This document shows, in pieces, positions 51,238 through 61,294 of a DNA stretch of 64,000 nucleotides. Both the position numbers and the translations under genes were made by a program. Origin of the DNA: Candidatus Poribacteria bacterium (GTDB lineage: Bacteria > Poribacteria > WGA-4E > WGA-3G); the NCBI GenBank assembly GCA_965215265.1, contig OZ244048.1:1952001-2016000 (forward strand). Direction: 5' to 3'. How positions within the stretch are numbered: the stretch's first letter is position 1; each line of letters begins with the position of its first letter. The notes below the pieces were generated by a model that made no database searches, was not told the DNA's origin, and worked only from the letters and a program-made list of their open reading frames with translations.

Positions 51238-52881
51238 CTATCTTTCGTGCAGGGCATCTGGCAGTTGGCAAAATGTAATACCGAACTTTGTGAGTTCGCG
51301 TTGCCCGATGTAAGTGCCCGCTCCATACACAACCGCCCGCCTATTCTTATCACGGCTGGCATCGTGGATTTGGCGCGCCCGCTCTAAGGTGAGCATAGCC
51401 GCATCGCTCTGCAGGTAGTCGAGAGCCGGTTTGTAGAGGAGATAGTAGTCCGTTGTGTCGTCGCTATGAAAAAGTCCGTTCTCATTTTTCGCGGAGAGTG
51501 CATCAGTTGGGACGGCAACACCGGATGCAGTATAGAGGAGGTTTGCGGCGAGTGTTGCATACGGGGGTAAGGCTTCTCCTGTGAGCATTGTGTCGGCTGC
51601 GATGGGTTCGCCGAGGGTGCAGTAGGTAAAGGAGCCGCCTAATCCGTCCCGGAGCGGTGCGTTGCGTGCTGTGGGGATGCCGTTGATGACGCGTCTGACA
51701 CGTTCAGCGGTGATGGTTTGGGCATAATCTTCGCATTCAATGAGGATGAACTTTCGGTTGCCGTTATCTGCTTTGTTGAGGGCGAGGACAGCATGGGCGG
51801 TGGTACCGCTCCCTGCGAAAGAGTCTAGAACAATAGCGTTTTCATCGCTAGCGGTTGCATAATTGATAATTCGTTTTAGTAAATCCGTACGTTTTGGATT
51901 TGGAAACTCAATACCTAATGCCTTCATTAAAGAGGAAGATTCATTAATAATCAGATCCGTCCAAAGGGAACTCACTATTCGTTTATCTGATGGCGGGACG
52001 AAATGTTCTGGCCGATTTGTCTTTGACATTCGTAGCAAATCGGGTTTCTGGGGTGATTGCGCAAACCACCATTCATCAATTTCGGCTTGCCTAGGCGTGC
52101 GTCCACATTCATCAAGCAAACGTGCATAATTTTTTATAGCGTTCAGGCTCCTTTGTTTTTCCCATCTCCATTGACCTGTTTCCGGGGTTATTCCCATCAA
52201 CTCATACCTCATTGTCGGTCTATCGGTGCTGCGCCAATGATTGTTCCAACTTCCGACCTTGTCCTCATCAACATCGACGGTCAAATGCCAAAATTTCATC
52301 TCAGGGGATTTACTGAAGAATAGTATATATTCTGAACCAACATTGAGTCTATCTACATATTCAAATTGGGCTTGAACATTTTTGACACCGCGGCGAACAC
52401 TGATTATATTTCTAAAATTTCCCTCTTTAAAAACCTCATCCATTAGCATTCTTAGATGATGCACTTCATTATCATCAATAGAAATAAAAATGATACCATC
52501 TTCGGCAAGCAGTTCTTTGAGCAGATGCAATCTCGGCCACATCATACACAACCATTTATCGTGCCGTTCTAAGTCTTCACCGTCAACAGGCTGGTTAGCC
52601 ATAAGCCAGCCTTTCATCAGCGGACTGTTGACGTTGTCGTTGTAAACCCACCCTTCATTGCCGGTGTTGTAGGGCGGATCTATATAGATGCACTTGATAC
52701 GGTTGGCATACCGGGGCAGCAATGCTTTGAGTGCATGCAGGTTATCGCCGTGGATGATGAGATTATCGTCTGCTTGGGCAGGGTTACAGGAACGGTTAGT
52801 GTCCTGTTCCAGGGGGCGGTATGGGACGGTGAGGTGGTGTGCATAGATATGCTGTTTGCCTTTAAACTCAAGTGTGGGCAT
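51238..52881 (-). CDS. mod: type III R-M adenine methyltransferase Mod (copy A)
   Basis: IIHGDNL, IYIDPPYNTG, DSFAGSGTT, RKFILIE; AT-rich central TRD. Confidence 0.9.
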   Translation of the reverse strand: MPTLEFKGKQHIYAHHLTVPYRPLEQDTNRSCNPAQADDNLIIHGDNLHALKALLPRYANRIKCIYIDPPYNTGNEGWVYNDNVNSPLMKGWLMANQPVDGEDLERHDKWLCMMWPRLHLLKELLAEDGIIFISIDDNEVHHLRMLMDEVFKEGNFRNIISVRRGVKNVQAQFEYVDRLNVGSEYILFFSKSPEMKFWHLTVDVDEDKVGSWNNHWRSTDRPTMRYELMGITPETGQWRWEKQRSLNAIKNYARLLDECGRTPRQAEIDEWWFAQSPQKPDLLRMSKTNRPEHFVPPSDKRIVSSLWTDLIINESSSLMKALGIEFPNPKRTDLLKRIINYATASDENAIVLDSFAGSGTTAHAVLALNKADNGNRKFILIECEDYAQTITAERVRRVINGIPTARNAPLRDGLGGSFTYCTLGEPIAADTMLTGEALPPYATLAANLLYTASGVAVPTDALSAKNENGLFHSDDTTDYYLLYKPALDYLQSDAAMLTLERARQIHDASRDKNRRAVVYGAGTYIGQRELTKFGITFCQLPDALHER

Positions 52882-52894
52882 TGGACAACTCCAG

Positions 52895-53071
52895 TCAGTA
52901 TGATTTGAAAATGTTATTTAGTGTTCCTCTGCGGACATCTTCGTTGGGTTTCCCAGCAATCGTCACGACACCGGGTTTGGTTGGATGTTTATACTGTTTA
53001 TGACTGCCTCGCGTTGGGTCGAGATACCATCTATCATCTTCAATCATTTTGATGACCTGTCTAAACTTCAT
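52895..53071 (-). CDS. hicA: HicA-family toxin, 58 aa, C-terminus clipped by the mod repeat, no hicB (possible pseudogene)
   Basis: MKFRQVIKMIEDDRWYLDPTRGSHKQYKHPTKPGVVTIAGKPNEDVRRGTLNNIFKSY; GSH and GTL motifs. Confidence 0.8.
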   Translation of the reverse strand: MKFRQVIKMIEDDRWYLDPTRGSHKQYKHPTKPGVVTIAGKPNEDVRRGTLNNIFKSY

Positions 53072-53274
53072 AAGAGGTGTCTATCGGATGAAGGTAAGAG
53101 AGATCCGGCATGTACCAGAAATTATTTCGGGCCACTTGGACCTTGATTTATATAAGGGTTAACAGATTTGCTAGAGGACAATTTTCTATCATTCTGAAGT
53201 TGTGTCGAAAGAATCAGCACAAACCGCGACAGACTTTTGGGGGCGTTTTGCGATTCCGACACCCAGTGCCTAAG

Positions 53275-53724
53275 TTAGACCTTTGTCATTAGAGAGGCGA
53301 TGCCCACTCCAAGTGCGACTTTCGCCAATGCCGCATCCAACGTTGCAAGCGGCAAACCCCGCCGCATCGCGAGTTCAAGATAGCTTGCATCATAGGTCGT
53401 CAAGGTATACTTCTCTGCCAATTCACAAACCGCCAGCATCGTGCTTCCTTGCGTAGCCGCGGCAGTATCCACGATAATAGGCAACCTCGCAATCACTTCC
53501 AGATATTCCCAAAAACGTTCTCGGTGAATCCTGTTGCGCCGGTAAGCCATAAGAAGTGCATTGCTGATTTCCTGATAAAATAACGAAGGTACCACAGCGG
53601 CTGCGCGCCCGTCTTGCAATTCCACCAAAAGTTGTCGCGCTTCTGCTTCCACTTCATCGGGGAGAAACCCAGCGATCAGAGTAGAACAATCTACGACAAT
53701 TAACTGCGCCCTTGGTTCTTCCAA
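53275..53724 (-). CDS. vapC: PIN-domain VapC toxin (start uncertain)
   Basis: IVVDCS, EISNAL, LTTYDASYLELA, LATLD. Confidence 0.9.
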   Translation of the reverse strand: MEEPRAQLIVVDCSTLIAGFLPDEVEAEARQLLVELQDGRAAAVVPSLFYQEISNALLMAYRRNRIHRERFWEYLEVIARLPIIVDTAAATQGSTMLAVCELAEKYTLTTYDASYLELAMRRGLPLATLDAALAKVALGVGIASLMTKV

Positions 53725-53942
53725 TGGGTTACCTCACAAACCGTGCCGACCGGTGCTTTGGCACGCAACGCTAGCAATTGTCCATACGCCTGATTCGCTT
53801 GGATTTGCGCGACATCTCCAGGGGGCATCATGACCGCTACCACTTTCCCGCGGTTGGTAATCGAAAAATGCTCCCCGTTCTCAACACGCTTGAGAAGCCT
53901 TGATAAATGTGTCTTTGTCTCGTGAATACCGATCTCTGTCAT
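53700..53942 (-). CDS. Phd/YefM-family antitoxin
   Basis: IGIHETKTHLSRLLKRVENGEHFSITNRGKVVA; overlaps vapC. Confidence 0.9.
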   Translation of the reverse strand: MTEIGIHETKTHLSRLLKRVENGEHFSITNRGKVVAVMMPPGDVAQIQANQAYGQLLALRAKAPVGTVCEVTHWKNQGRS

Positions 53943-53959
53943 GTGAAACTCCTTTCTAA

Positions 53960-53983
53960 CTAGCTTATCAACCTAGCTTATCA
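53960..53983. promoter_or_regulatory. candidate TA autoregulatory operator
   Basis: CTAGCTTATCA repeated at 53960 and 53973, just upstream of the antitoxin SD. Confidence 0.45.
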
Positions 53984-53993
53984 CATCTCCATC

Positions 53994-54230
53994 TCAAAAG
54001 CAAATTATAAACGCGTGGAGGAGATAGGCATCTAAAAACGGAGCAGATTGAAGGGTTCTTTTGTTGCTCAGATTGAATTTTGCTTTCGATAGTATCGCGT
54101 ATCTCAAGGCGACCTGTGTCTGCTGACAGCGGCGTGGCACGCTGGTGCACGATTTATACCGTATCAGGGTTTCCAACCATCGGCTGAAAGTGTCAAGTGC
54201 GTTGCGTTGATACTGCTTTAATTCCATCAT
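53994..54230 (-). pseudogene. type III Res N-terminal stub (copy B)
   Basis: MMELKQYQRNALDTFSRWLETL, then a deletion/frameshift relative to copy A; no helicase motifs. Confidence 0.7.
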
Positions 54231-54242
54231 ATCTTTGCCTCT

Positions 54243-55856
54243 CTATCTTTCGTGCAGGGCATCCGGCAGTTGGCAAAATGTAATGCCCAAGTTTGTGAGT
54301 TCGCGTTGCCCGATGTAAGTGCCTGCTCCATACACAACCGCCCGCCTATTCTTATCACGGCTGGCATCGTGGATTTGGCGCGCCCGCTCTAAGGTGAGCA
54401 TAGCCGCATCGCTTTGCAGGTAGTCGAGGACCGGTTTGTAGAGGAGATAGTAGTCCGTTGTGTCGTCGCTATGAAAAAGCCCGTTCTCATTTTTCGCGGC
54501 GAGTGCATCAGTTGGGACGGCAACACCGGATGCAGTATAGAGCAAGTTTGCGGCGAGTGTTGCATACAGGGGTAAGGCTTCTCCTGTGAGCATTGTGTCG
54601 GCTGCGATGGGTTCGCCGAGGGTGCAGTAGGTAAAGGAGCCTCCGAGGCCTTGACGCACCGTTTTGTCTTTGGCAGTCTCAACGCCGTTGATGACGCGTC
54701 TGACGCGTTCAGCGGTGATGGTTTGGGCATAATCTTCGCATTCAATGAGGATGAACTTTCGGTTGCCGTTATCTGCTTTGTTGAGGGCGAGCACGGCGTG
54801 CGCAGTCGTGCCTGAACCGGCAAAGGAATCTAAAATAATATCCGCATCTTGGGTGTAAAGAGATATAATTTCCTTTATTAGCAATGATGGTTTAGGATAG
54901 GAGAATTTGTCAGGACCTAAAATGTCCTTCAACTCAAGACTGCCATGTGCGGTTGTTTTAACAATTTTGGAATCAAGCAGAGATGAATATGCTGTATAGG
55001 TTTCAGTACCAGCAGGTATGATTTTATATGCCTCAATGCGCCCGTCTGATTGCTTCTTAAAGACAACTCGGTTGTTATCAATGAGGTCTTTCATTGTAGA
55101 TTTGCCAACCCTCCACCGACCCGCTGTGCCATCTGATTTTATAGGATAGATGTCGCCAAATTCATTAGAATGAACGGGATAGTACATTGTTGGTGCATCT
55201 TCCCGCCTATCAAACTGGCCCCATTGTCGTAATCTCTCTGTTGATTCGATTTTCCTAACTCGCTTGTCTGCTCTGAATTTTACAAAGGCCTTATGTTTGG
55301 CATACGTAACGATATACTCATGTAATGTGGCAATATTTTTTGTAGTACCCCCGCGGCCCAGCCTTGAACGCCAGATTAAAGATGCAACAAAATTCTCCGC
55401 ACCAAAAATCTCATCCATCAACAGTCGCAAATGAGGCTGTTCGTTGTCATCTATAGAGATAAAAATCGCGCCATCTTCGGAGAGCAATTCACGCAGTAAA
55501 TGCAGCCGGGGCCACATCATACATAACCATTTATCGTGCCGTTCCAAGTCTTCACCGTCAACAGGCTGGTTAGCCATAAGCCAGCCTTTCATCAGCGGAC
55601 TGTTGACGTTGTCGTTGTAAACCCACCCTTCATTGCCGGTGTTGTAGGGCGGATCGATATAGATACACTTAATACGGTTGGCATACCGGGGCAGCAATGC
55701 TTTGAGTGCATGCAGGTTATCGCCGTGGATGATGAGATTATCATCTGCTTGGGCAGGGTTACAGGAACGGTTATCGTCTCGTTCCAGGGGGCGGTATGGG
55801 ACGGTGAGGTGGTGTGCATAGATATGCTGTTTGCCTTTGAACTCAAGTGTGGGCAT
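54243..55856 (-). CDS. mod: type III R-M adenine methyltransferase Mod (copy B)
   Basis: N- and C-termini near-identical to copy A with a different TRD; DPPY, FAGSGTT. Confidence 0.9.
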   Translation of the reverse strand: MPTLEFKGKQHIYAHHLTVPYRPLERDDNRSCNPAQADDNLIIHGDNLHALKALLPRYANRIKCIYIDPPYNTGNEGWVYNDNVNSPLMKGWLMANQPVDGEDLERHDKWLCMMWPRLHLLRELLSEDGAIFISIDDNEQPHLRLLMDEIFGAENFVASLIWRSRLGRGGTTKNIATLHEYIVTYAKHKAFVKFRADKRVRKIESTERLRQWGQFDRREDAPTMYYPVHSNEFGDIYPIKSDGTAGRWRVGKSTMKDLIDNNRVVFKKQSDGRIEAYKIIPAGTETYTAYSSLLDSKIVKTTAHGSLELKDILGPDKFSYPKPSLLIKEIISLYTQDADIILDSFAGSGTTAHAVLALNKADNGNRKFILIECEDYAQTITAERVRRVINGVETAKDKTVRQGLGGSFTYCTLGEPIAADTMLTGEALPLYATLAANLLYTASGVAVPTDALAAKNENGLFHSDDTTDYYLLYKPVLDYLQSDAAMLTLERARQIHDASRDKNRRAVVYGAGTYIGQRELTNLGITFCQLPDALHER

Positions 55857-55908
55857 TGTACAACTCCAGTCAGTATGATTTGAAAAACTCATTTACCTTA
55901 GTTAGCTT

Positions 55909-55937
55909 AGCATATTACATATCAAGTGGAAAGTCAA
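55909..55937 (-). promoter_or_regulatory. mod promoter
   Basis: TTGACT-N17-TATGCT. Confidence 0.6.
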
Positions 55938-55977
55938 GAGAATATTCAATCTTTTAGGAGGATATTTGGTTTGAGTA

Positions 55978-56145
55978 TTACCTTGCGTACCCCTGCCAAT
56001 CATCGGTGTAATAGCCCTTCACCTGCCACTTTTCTAAGCGGTGGATGAGTTTTTCAAGGTTGCTCCCGATGACCACATTCCCAGGCGATGAGTTCTCCGG
56101 TATCACGACACAAAACTTTCCATATCCAGAGTTTGTTTTTTTGAC
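55978..56145 (-). mobile_element. IS1-family transposase (InsB-like) remnant, frameshifted
   Basis: QKNKLWIWKVLCRDTGELIAWECGHR / LEKLIHRLEKWQVKGYYTDDWQGYAR*. Confidence 0.75.
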
Positions 56146-56169
56146 AGGAACATGTCTGCTAATGGATAG

Positions 56170-56198
56170 TTGACATCTCCTCCCTAAAATGGTAAAAT
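56170..56198 (+). promoter_or_regulatory. sigma70 promoter
   Basis: TTGACA-N17-TAAAAT with TG extension. Confidence 0.75.
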
Positions 56199-56214
56199 AT
56201 CCGTTGAAGGAGGA

Positions 56215-57963
56215 TTGGACGTGAAATTGTTACGCTTTATACTTATTTTTGTTTTTGCAATTGGAAATTATGCCGCTGTGGCGGAGGATGGCACCCCGCC
56301 GTGGAAACCCACTGGAAGATATACACACCCGCCTATCCGAGAAAGCTCCGGTATTGTTGCCAGTCGGCAGTTTGACGGAGTCTATTGGACGCTCAATGAC
56401 TCTGGCAATCCGGCGACGCTTTACGCTACCAAGCGTGATGGTGAGTTGATTCAGGAAATTACGGTAAATGGTGCTCGAAACATTGACTGGGAGGCACTCG
56501 GCATTGACGACAAAGGGCAACTCTGGATTGGCGAAATCGGTAATAACAGTCGGCTGCGAATAGATCTGAAGGTTGTTGTTGTTGTTGAACCGAACCCCTA
56601 CACAGAGACAGAAGCAGAAGTCGTCGGGAGTTATCCGTATCGATATCCGGAAGAGAATGTCGATGCAGAAGGACTGTTTATTACCGGTGGGCTGCCTTAC
56701 ATTGTCTCAAAAGAACGTGAGCGTGCTGTGCTATACCGTCTCCCTTCACTTCAAGCGGATGAGAAACAGACCTTGGTATATGTGGGCGAATTCACCGGTG
56801 CAAAATGGATTACGGGTGCAGGGTTGTCAACTGATGGCACGCGGCTTGCCGTTTGCACCTACGACGCGTTATGGGTATATCACGAAAACGAGCACGGCGA
56901 TTCTACGCAAAACCTCGCGAAACTCATCCAGACAGAACCGTGGGTACTGCCGCACGATTTTCGTGGAGAAGCTGTCTGCTTTGATGGCTATGATCTGGTT
57001 TTGACGAACGAAGCACGTGACATCTACGCCCTACCGCAATTGTGGTACGAGAAAGGTTGGGAATTGCCGCCAAATGACACGGTGCCTGTGACGGACGGAA
57101 CGCTACAAGTAGAGAGTTACAGAGATGCTGGCATTGATATTGATGGACAACATGTCATTTTGCAGCCTACCACAGCCACAGATGGCCTCGCTTTTTCTGT
57201 TGAAGCCGCATACAAAAACGTTTATCAAATCAGCACTGTTTTGACCCGAGGTCCAGAATACGGCACCGTTAAATTATCTATTAATGACGTTGTCGTCGGG
57301 CAGCCCTACAATTGCTATCACCCAACGCCCGTCGCCGGAACGTTCGTGACGTTTGGCACAGCCCCGTTGAACGCCGGTGTCAATCGGTTGGTGCTAAAAA
57401 ATGTTATGAAGTCAAAAAAGGCTGACGGCATCCCTAAAATTGGAGTGGATTCGTATCAACTGCGCCACCGTTCTACTTTTGCAAGGCAGTATCTCGTTTT
57501 AGGTCCCTTTCCACGGGTGAGCCTTGAAAACATTGATGCCCCTCTTCCTCCGGAAAGTGAATTAAACCTTGATGGGACTGTTGACGGCATTGACAGCAAA
57601 ACCGTTCGCTGGCAGGAAACCTCTGCTGAAAGTGATGGCATGCTGGATTTGCGCAAAAATATCGGTAGCGCCCCGGTTGCAGTGGCGTACGCGTTGTGCT
57701 ACGTCTATGCACCAAAATTGATGGACGTTACGCTATTACTTGGCAGTGATGATGAGGTTGCGGTGTGGTTAAACGGCACGGAAATCCACCGCGTGAATCT
57801 CAAGCGCCCTGCCGTTGCTGATGAAGATGGGATTCCGTGCCAGCTGAACGCGGGATGGAACAAGGTTTTGTGCAAAATCGGCCAGAGCGGTTGGACGTGG
57901 GGGTTGTATCTGCGGTTTACGGATGCCGAGGGGGTTCTTAAATATGGGACGGCCCCTGAGTAG
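56215..57963 (+). CDS. secreted protein: beta-propeller plus galactose-binding/PA14-like beta-sandwich domains
   Basis: signal peptide; ESSG, WTLNDSGN, DWEAL, IGNN, DAEGL; VLGPFP, GSDDEVAVWLNG, LNAGWNKVLCK. Confidence 0.7.
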   Translation: MDVKLLRFILIFVFAIGNYAAVAEDGTPPWKPTGRYTHPPIRESSGIVASRQFDGVYWTLNDSGNPATLYATKRDGELIQEITVNGARNIDWEALGIDDKGQLWIGEIGNNSRLRIDLKVVVVVEPNPYTETEAEVVGSYPYRYPEENVDAEGLFITGGLPYIVSKERERAVLYRLPSLQADEKQTLVYVGEFTGAKWITGAGLSTDGTRLAVCTYDALWVYHENEHGDSTQNLAKLIQTEPWVLPHDFRGEAVCFDGYDLVLTNEARDIYALPQLWYEKGWELPPNDTVPVTDGTLQVESYRDAGIDIDGQHVILQPTTATDGLAFSVEAAYKNVYQISTVLTRGPEYGTVKLSINDVVVGQPYNCYHPTPVAGTFVTFGTAPLNAGVNRLVLKNVMKSKKADGIPKIGVDSYQLRHRSTFARQYLVLGPFPRVSLENIDAPLPPESELNLDGTVDGIDSKTVRWQETSAESDGMLDLRKNIGSAPVAVAYALCYVYAPKLMDVTLLLGSDDEVAVWLNGTEIHRVNLKRPAVADEDGIPCQLNAGWNKVLCKIGQSGWTWGLYLRFTDAEGVLKYGTAPE

Positions 57964-58032
57964 GCTGTGCGCGTCATCGCCCGCACGGGGAATGGTAGAG
58001 GAACCGTGGCGCGTTCTTTTTTTGCTGCTACC

Positions 58033-61000
58033 TTATGAAATGCGTTCAACACCCAGCGTTGCCTGTTCGCCATTCAAGTTTTGTGCGAGTACAAAGGTGT
58101 TCGGTGTCGGCACCTCAATAACGTCGGTGGTGAGTGTTTCACTGAGAATGTAGTCACGATGTACCGCGAACGCTTCCTTTACAATCTCGGACGTAGATTG
58201 CAAGCTCAGTTTTATCCGGTCGGAGACGTTAAAATCTGCCTCCTTCCGCATATTCTGGATTTTGTTGACGAGTTCTCGTGCCAATCCTTCCAAAGTAAGT
58301 TCGTGCGTCAGTTCTGTTGACAACGCCACGAATTTCTGTGCATCGGTTTCCACGAAGAACCCTTCTCGGTTCTGTGTCTGCACGTCAACTTCCGATGGCA
58401 ATAAGGTGTACGTTTCCCCGCTCCCTTCAATCTGTAAGTTCCCGGTTGCCTCAAGTTCTGCGTTCAAGCACGGTGCATCGCCTGCTGCCAGAATCTTCGC
58501 AATCGTTTGCACTCCCTTGCCGTATTTCGGTCCTAATACCTTAAAGTTGGGCTTGAGCGTGACCTGTGCGAAGGCGTTCATATCCTGCGTGAAGACAATA
58601 GATTTGACGTTAAGTTCACCGTGAACCAATTCTGCTAAGCGCGTAACGGTTGCTTGCTGTGCGTCAGAAAGCCCACCGATTGTGAGTTCAGAGAGGGGTT
58701 GACGTGTTTTTATACCGGACCGATTTCGGGCTGCGTGTCCCATGCTGATAGTTTCTCTAGCAAATTCCATGTCTCCCTCTAACCCCGTATCTTGGAGCGT
58801 TTCATCCACCGTTGGGTATGCTGTAAGGTGAACACTCAAGGGGGCATCGCTGTTAAGCGAACGGACTAGGTTTAGGTAGATTTCATCTGCCAAAAATGGG
58901 ACGAAAGGTGCAGCGAGTTTTGCGATGGTGACCAGTACCTCATAAAGCGTCGCGTAGGCAGCCTGTTTGTCCTTGCCTGCTTCTGTGCCCCAGAACCGGT
59001 CGCGGCAGCGTCGGACGTACCAATTGCTCAGGTCGTCCACAAGTGCCTCAATTGCGCGAGGTGCATTGGTGAGATGATAGTTTTCCATCTCGTTGCGAAC
59101 TGTGGCAATCGTGGTGTGGAGCCGTGATAGAATCCACCGATCCATGAGCGAAAGTTCGGCAGGAGCCGGGGGCCCTTGCAAGACCTCGGGCCCTTCAATA
59201 TTGGCATACATGACAAAGAAACTGTAAACGTTATGGAGTGTTCCCATAAATTTCTTCAAAGTTTCGTCAATGCTGTCAACGTTGAAAGCGCGCTGTGCCC
59301 ACGGTGGACAGGCAGTGAACATATACCACCGCATGGCATCTGCGCCCTGTTTATCAAGGATTGTCCACGGATCTACGGTGTTGCCGCGGCTCTTGCTCAT
59401 CTTTTGGCCGTCGGGGGCCATAACGAGTTCGAGACAGAGGCAATTTTTATAGGCCGGCTTTTCATATAACAGGGTCCCGGTTGCTAGGAGGCTATAGAAC
59501 CAACCACGTGTCTGGTCAATAGCTTCGGAGATGAAATCCGCCGGATAGGATTTCTCAAACAACTCCTTGTTTTCAAAAGGGTAGTGCCACTGTGCTGTAT
59601 GTGCGCAGCCTGAATCGAACCAACAATCGATAACATCCGGTACGCGGTGCATGGTGCCATCACACTCTTCGCAAGTCAGTTTTATTGCGTCTACATAAGG
59701 CCGGTGGAGTTCAATATCATCTGGCACGCTCGTGCAGTGTTGTTTCAGTTCGGCGATACTGCCGATGCAACGTTGATTTCCGCATCTCTCACATGTCCAA
59801 ACGGGGAGTGGCGTTCCCCAGTAACGTTCCCGGCTTAACCCCCAGTCGATGTTGTTTTCTAACCAGTTGCCGAACCGTCCATCTTTGATATGCTCTGGGT
59901 ACCAGTTGATTTGCTGATTGTGCTGGAGCATCTGTTCTCGGATAGCGGTTGTACGGATGAACCATGATTCGCGTGCGTAATAGAGAAGTGGGGTATCACA
60001 TCGCCAACAGAAGGGGTAGTCGTGCTGATACTCGTCTTTCTTGAGTAACAGGCCACGCTGATCAAGTGCTTCAATAATTTTCGGGTCAGTTTCTTTAACG
60101 GATTCGCCTGCCCATGGGCCGACTTCTGGTACAAATTGCCCGTTAGCGTCTACCAACTGGACCAAGGGCAGGTTATGCTGCTGCCCGATGTTATAGTCAT
60201 CTTGCCCGAAAGCCGGGGCGATATGTACCAAGCCGCTGCCGTCTTCGAGCGTTACAAAATCGCCTGCGACAACGTAGTGCGCTCTTTGATTGTGTTGCGC
60301 GAAATCGAAAAGCGGTTCGTAGTCCCAGTTGAGCAGCTCATGTCCTTTGTAGTTCGCCGTGACGTGCGGTTGTTGTTCTCCAAATACCTTGGGTAAAAGT
60401 TCCTTTGCAAGGATGAGGTTCTGCCCGTTGTGTTCAACACAGACGTAGTCGTAATTTTCACCGACGGCAACGGCGACGTTAGATGGCAACGTCCACGGTG
60501 TCGTTGTCCAGACAAGGAGGTGAGTATTCTCTCTATTTTTGAGTGGAAATTGCACGTAGATAGAGGGGTCAGAAATGTTTTTGTAGCCGAGTGAAACCTC
60601 GTGGCTTGCAAGGGTTGTGCCGCACCGGCAGCAATACGGCTGCACTTTATGCCCTTGATACAGCAGTTTCTTCTCCCACGCTTGCTGTAGAATCCACCAG
60701 ATGCTTTCAATGTAATCGTTTGATAACGTGATGTACGCGTCATCCAAATCGACCCAGAATCCGATCCGTTCTGTCATCTGCCGCCATTCTTGTTCGTATT
60801 GGAACACGTTCTCTTTGCACTTTTCAATGAAGTTCTGAACGCCGTAAGCTTCAAGTTCCGCCTTGTTGGTAATATTAAGTTGCTTTTCGACCTGATATTC
60901 AACTGGCAATCCGTGCGTGTCCCAACCTGCTTTTCGGTGCACGTAGTGCCCAGTCATCGCCTTATAGCGACAGACGGCATCTTTCATGACGCGTGCTAGG

Positions 61001-61176
61001 ACATGATGTACCCCAGGCGGCGCATTGGCAAACGGCGGACCTTCAAGGAAAACAAAGGGCGGCTCGGCTTTGTGCACCGTCATGCTTTTTTTGAAGATGT
61101 CATTGTCACGCCAGAAATCTAAAGTCGCTTTCTCTTTCTCGGCGAATGTAAATTGGGGAGATACCTCTTCAAACAT
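58033..61176 (-). CDS. ileS: isoleucyl-tRNA synthetase, type 2
   Basis: EGPPFAN..GVHH, GWDTHGLPVE, WTTTPWTLPSN, DQTRGWFY, KMSKS, EGLARELVNKIQ C-terminus. Confidence 0.95.
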   Translation of the reverse strand: MFEEVSPQFTFAEKEKATLDFWRDNDIFKKSMTVHKAEPPFVFLEGPPFANAPPGVHHVLARVMKDAVCRYKAMTGHYVHRKAGWDTHGLPVEYQVEKQLNITNKAELEAYGVQNFIEKCKENVFQYEQEWRQMTERIGFWVDLDDAYITLSNDYIESIWWILQQAWEKKLLYQGHKVQPYCCRCGTTLASHEVSLGYKNISDPSIYVQFPLKNRENTHLLVWTTTPWTLPSNVAVAVGENYDYVCVEHNGQNLILAKELLPKVFGEQQPHVTANYKGHELLNWDYEPLFDFAQHNQRAHYVVAGDFVTLEDGSGLVHIAPAFGQDDYNIGQQHNLPLVQLVDANGQFVPEVGPWAGESVKETDPKIIEALDQRGLLLKKDEYQHDYPFCWRCDTPLLYYARESWFIRTTAIREQMLQHNQQINWYPEHIKDGRFGNWLENNIDWGLSRERYWGTPLPVWTCERCGNQRCIGSIAELKQHCTSVPDDIELHRPYVDAIKLTCEECDGTMHRVPDVIDCWFDSGCAHTAQWHYPFENKELFEKSYPADFISEAIDQTRGWFYSLLATGTLLYEKPAYKNCLCLELVMAPDGQKMSKSRGNTVDPWTILDKQGADAMRWYMFTACPPWAQRAFNVDSIDETLKKFMGTLHNVYSFFVMYANIEGPEVLQGPPAPAELSLMDRWILSRLHTTIATVRNEMENYHLTNAPRAIEALVDDLSNWYVRRCRDRFWGTEAGKDKQAAYATLYEVLVTIAKLAAPFVPFLADEIYLNLVRSLNSDAPLSVHLTAYPTVDETLQDTGLEGDMEFARETISMGHAARNRSGIKTRQPLSELTIGGLSDAQQATVTRLAELVHGELNVKSIVFTQDMNAFAQVTLKPNFKVLGPKYGKGVQTIAKILAAGDAPCLNAELEATGNLQIEGSGETYTLLPSEVDVQTQNREGFFVETDAQKFVALSTELTHELTLEGLARELVNKIQNMRKEADFNVSDRIKLSLQSTSEIVKEAFAVHRDYILSETLTTDVIEVPTPNTFVLAQNLNGEQATLGVERIS

Positions 61177-61193
61177 GCAAAATTCCTCTTGCT

Positions 61194-61294
61194 AAAAAAG
61201 AAACACCCACACTCCAATCGCTACTATCAGCATATTAGCGGAAGTGATGGGCGTTCTATGATTTATGTTATCTGCGTCGTGTCAACCCACCACT
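61194..61294 (-). terminator. ileS attenuator (terminator plus antiterminator)
   Basis: ACGCCCATCACTTC-CGCTA...TAGCG-ATT-GGAGTG-TGGGTGT-TTCTTTTTT; alternative pairing of AGTGGTGGGT with GCCCATCACT. Confidence 0.7.
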
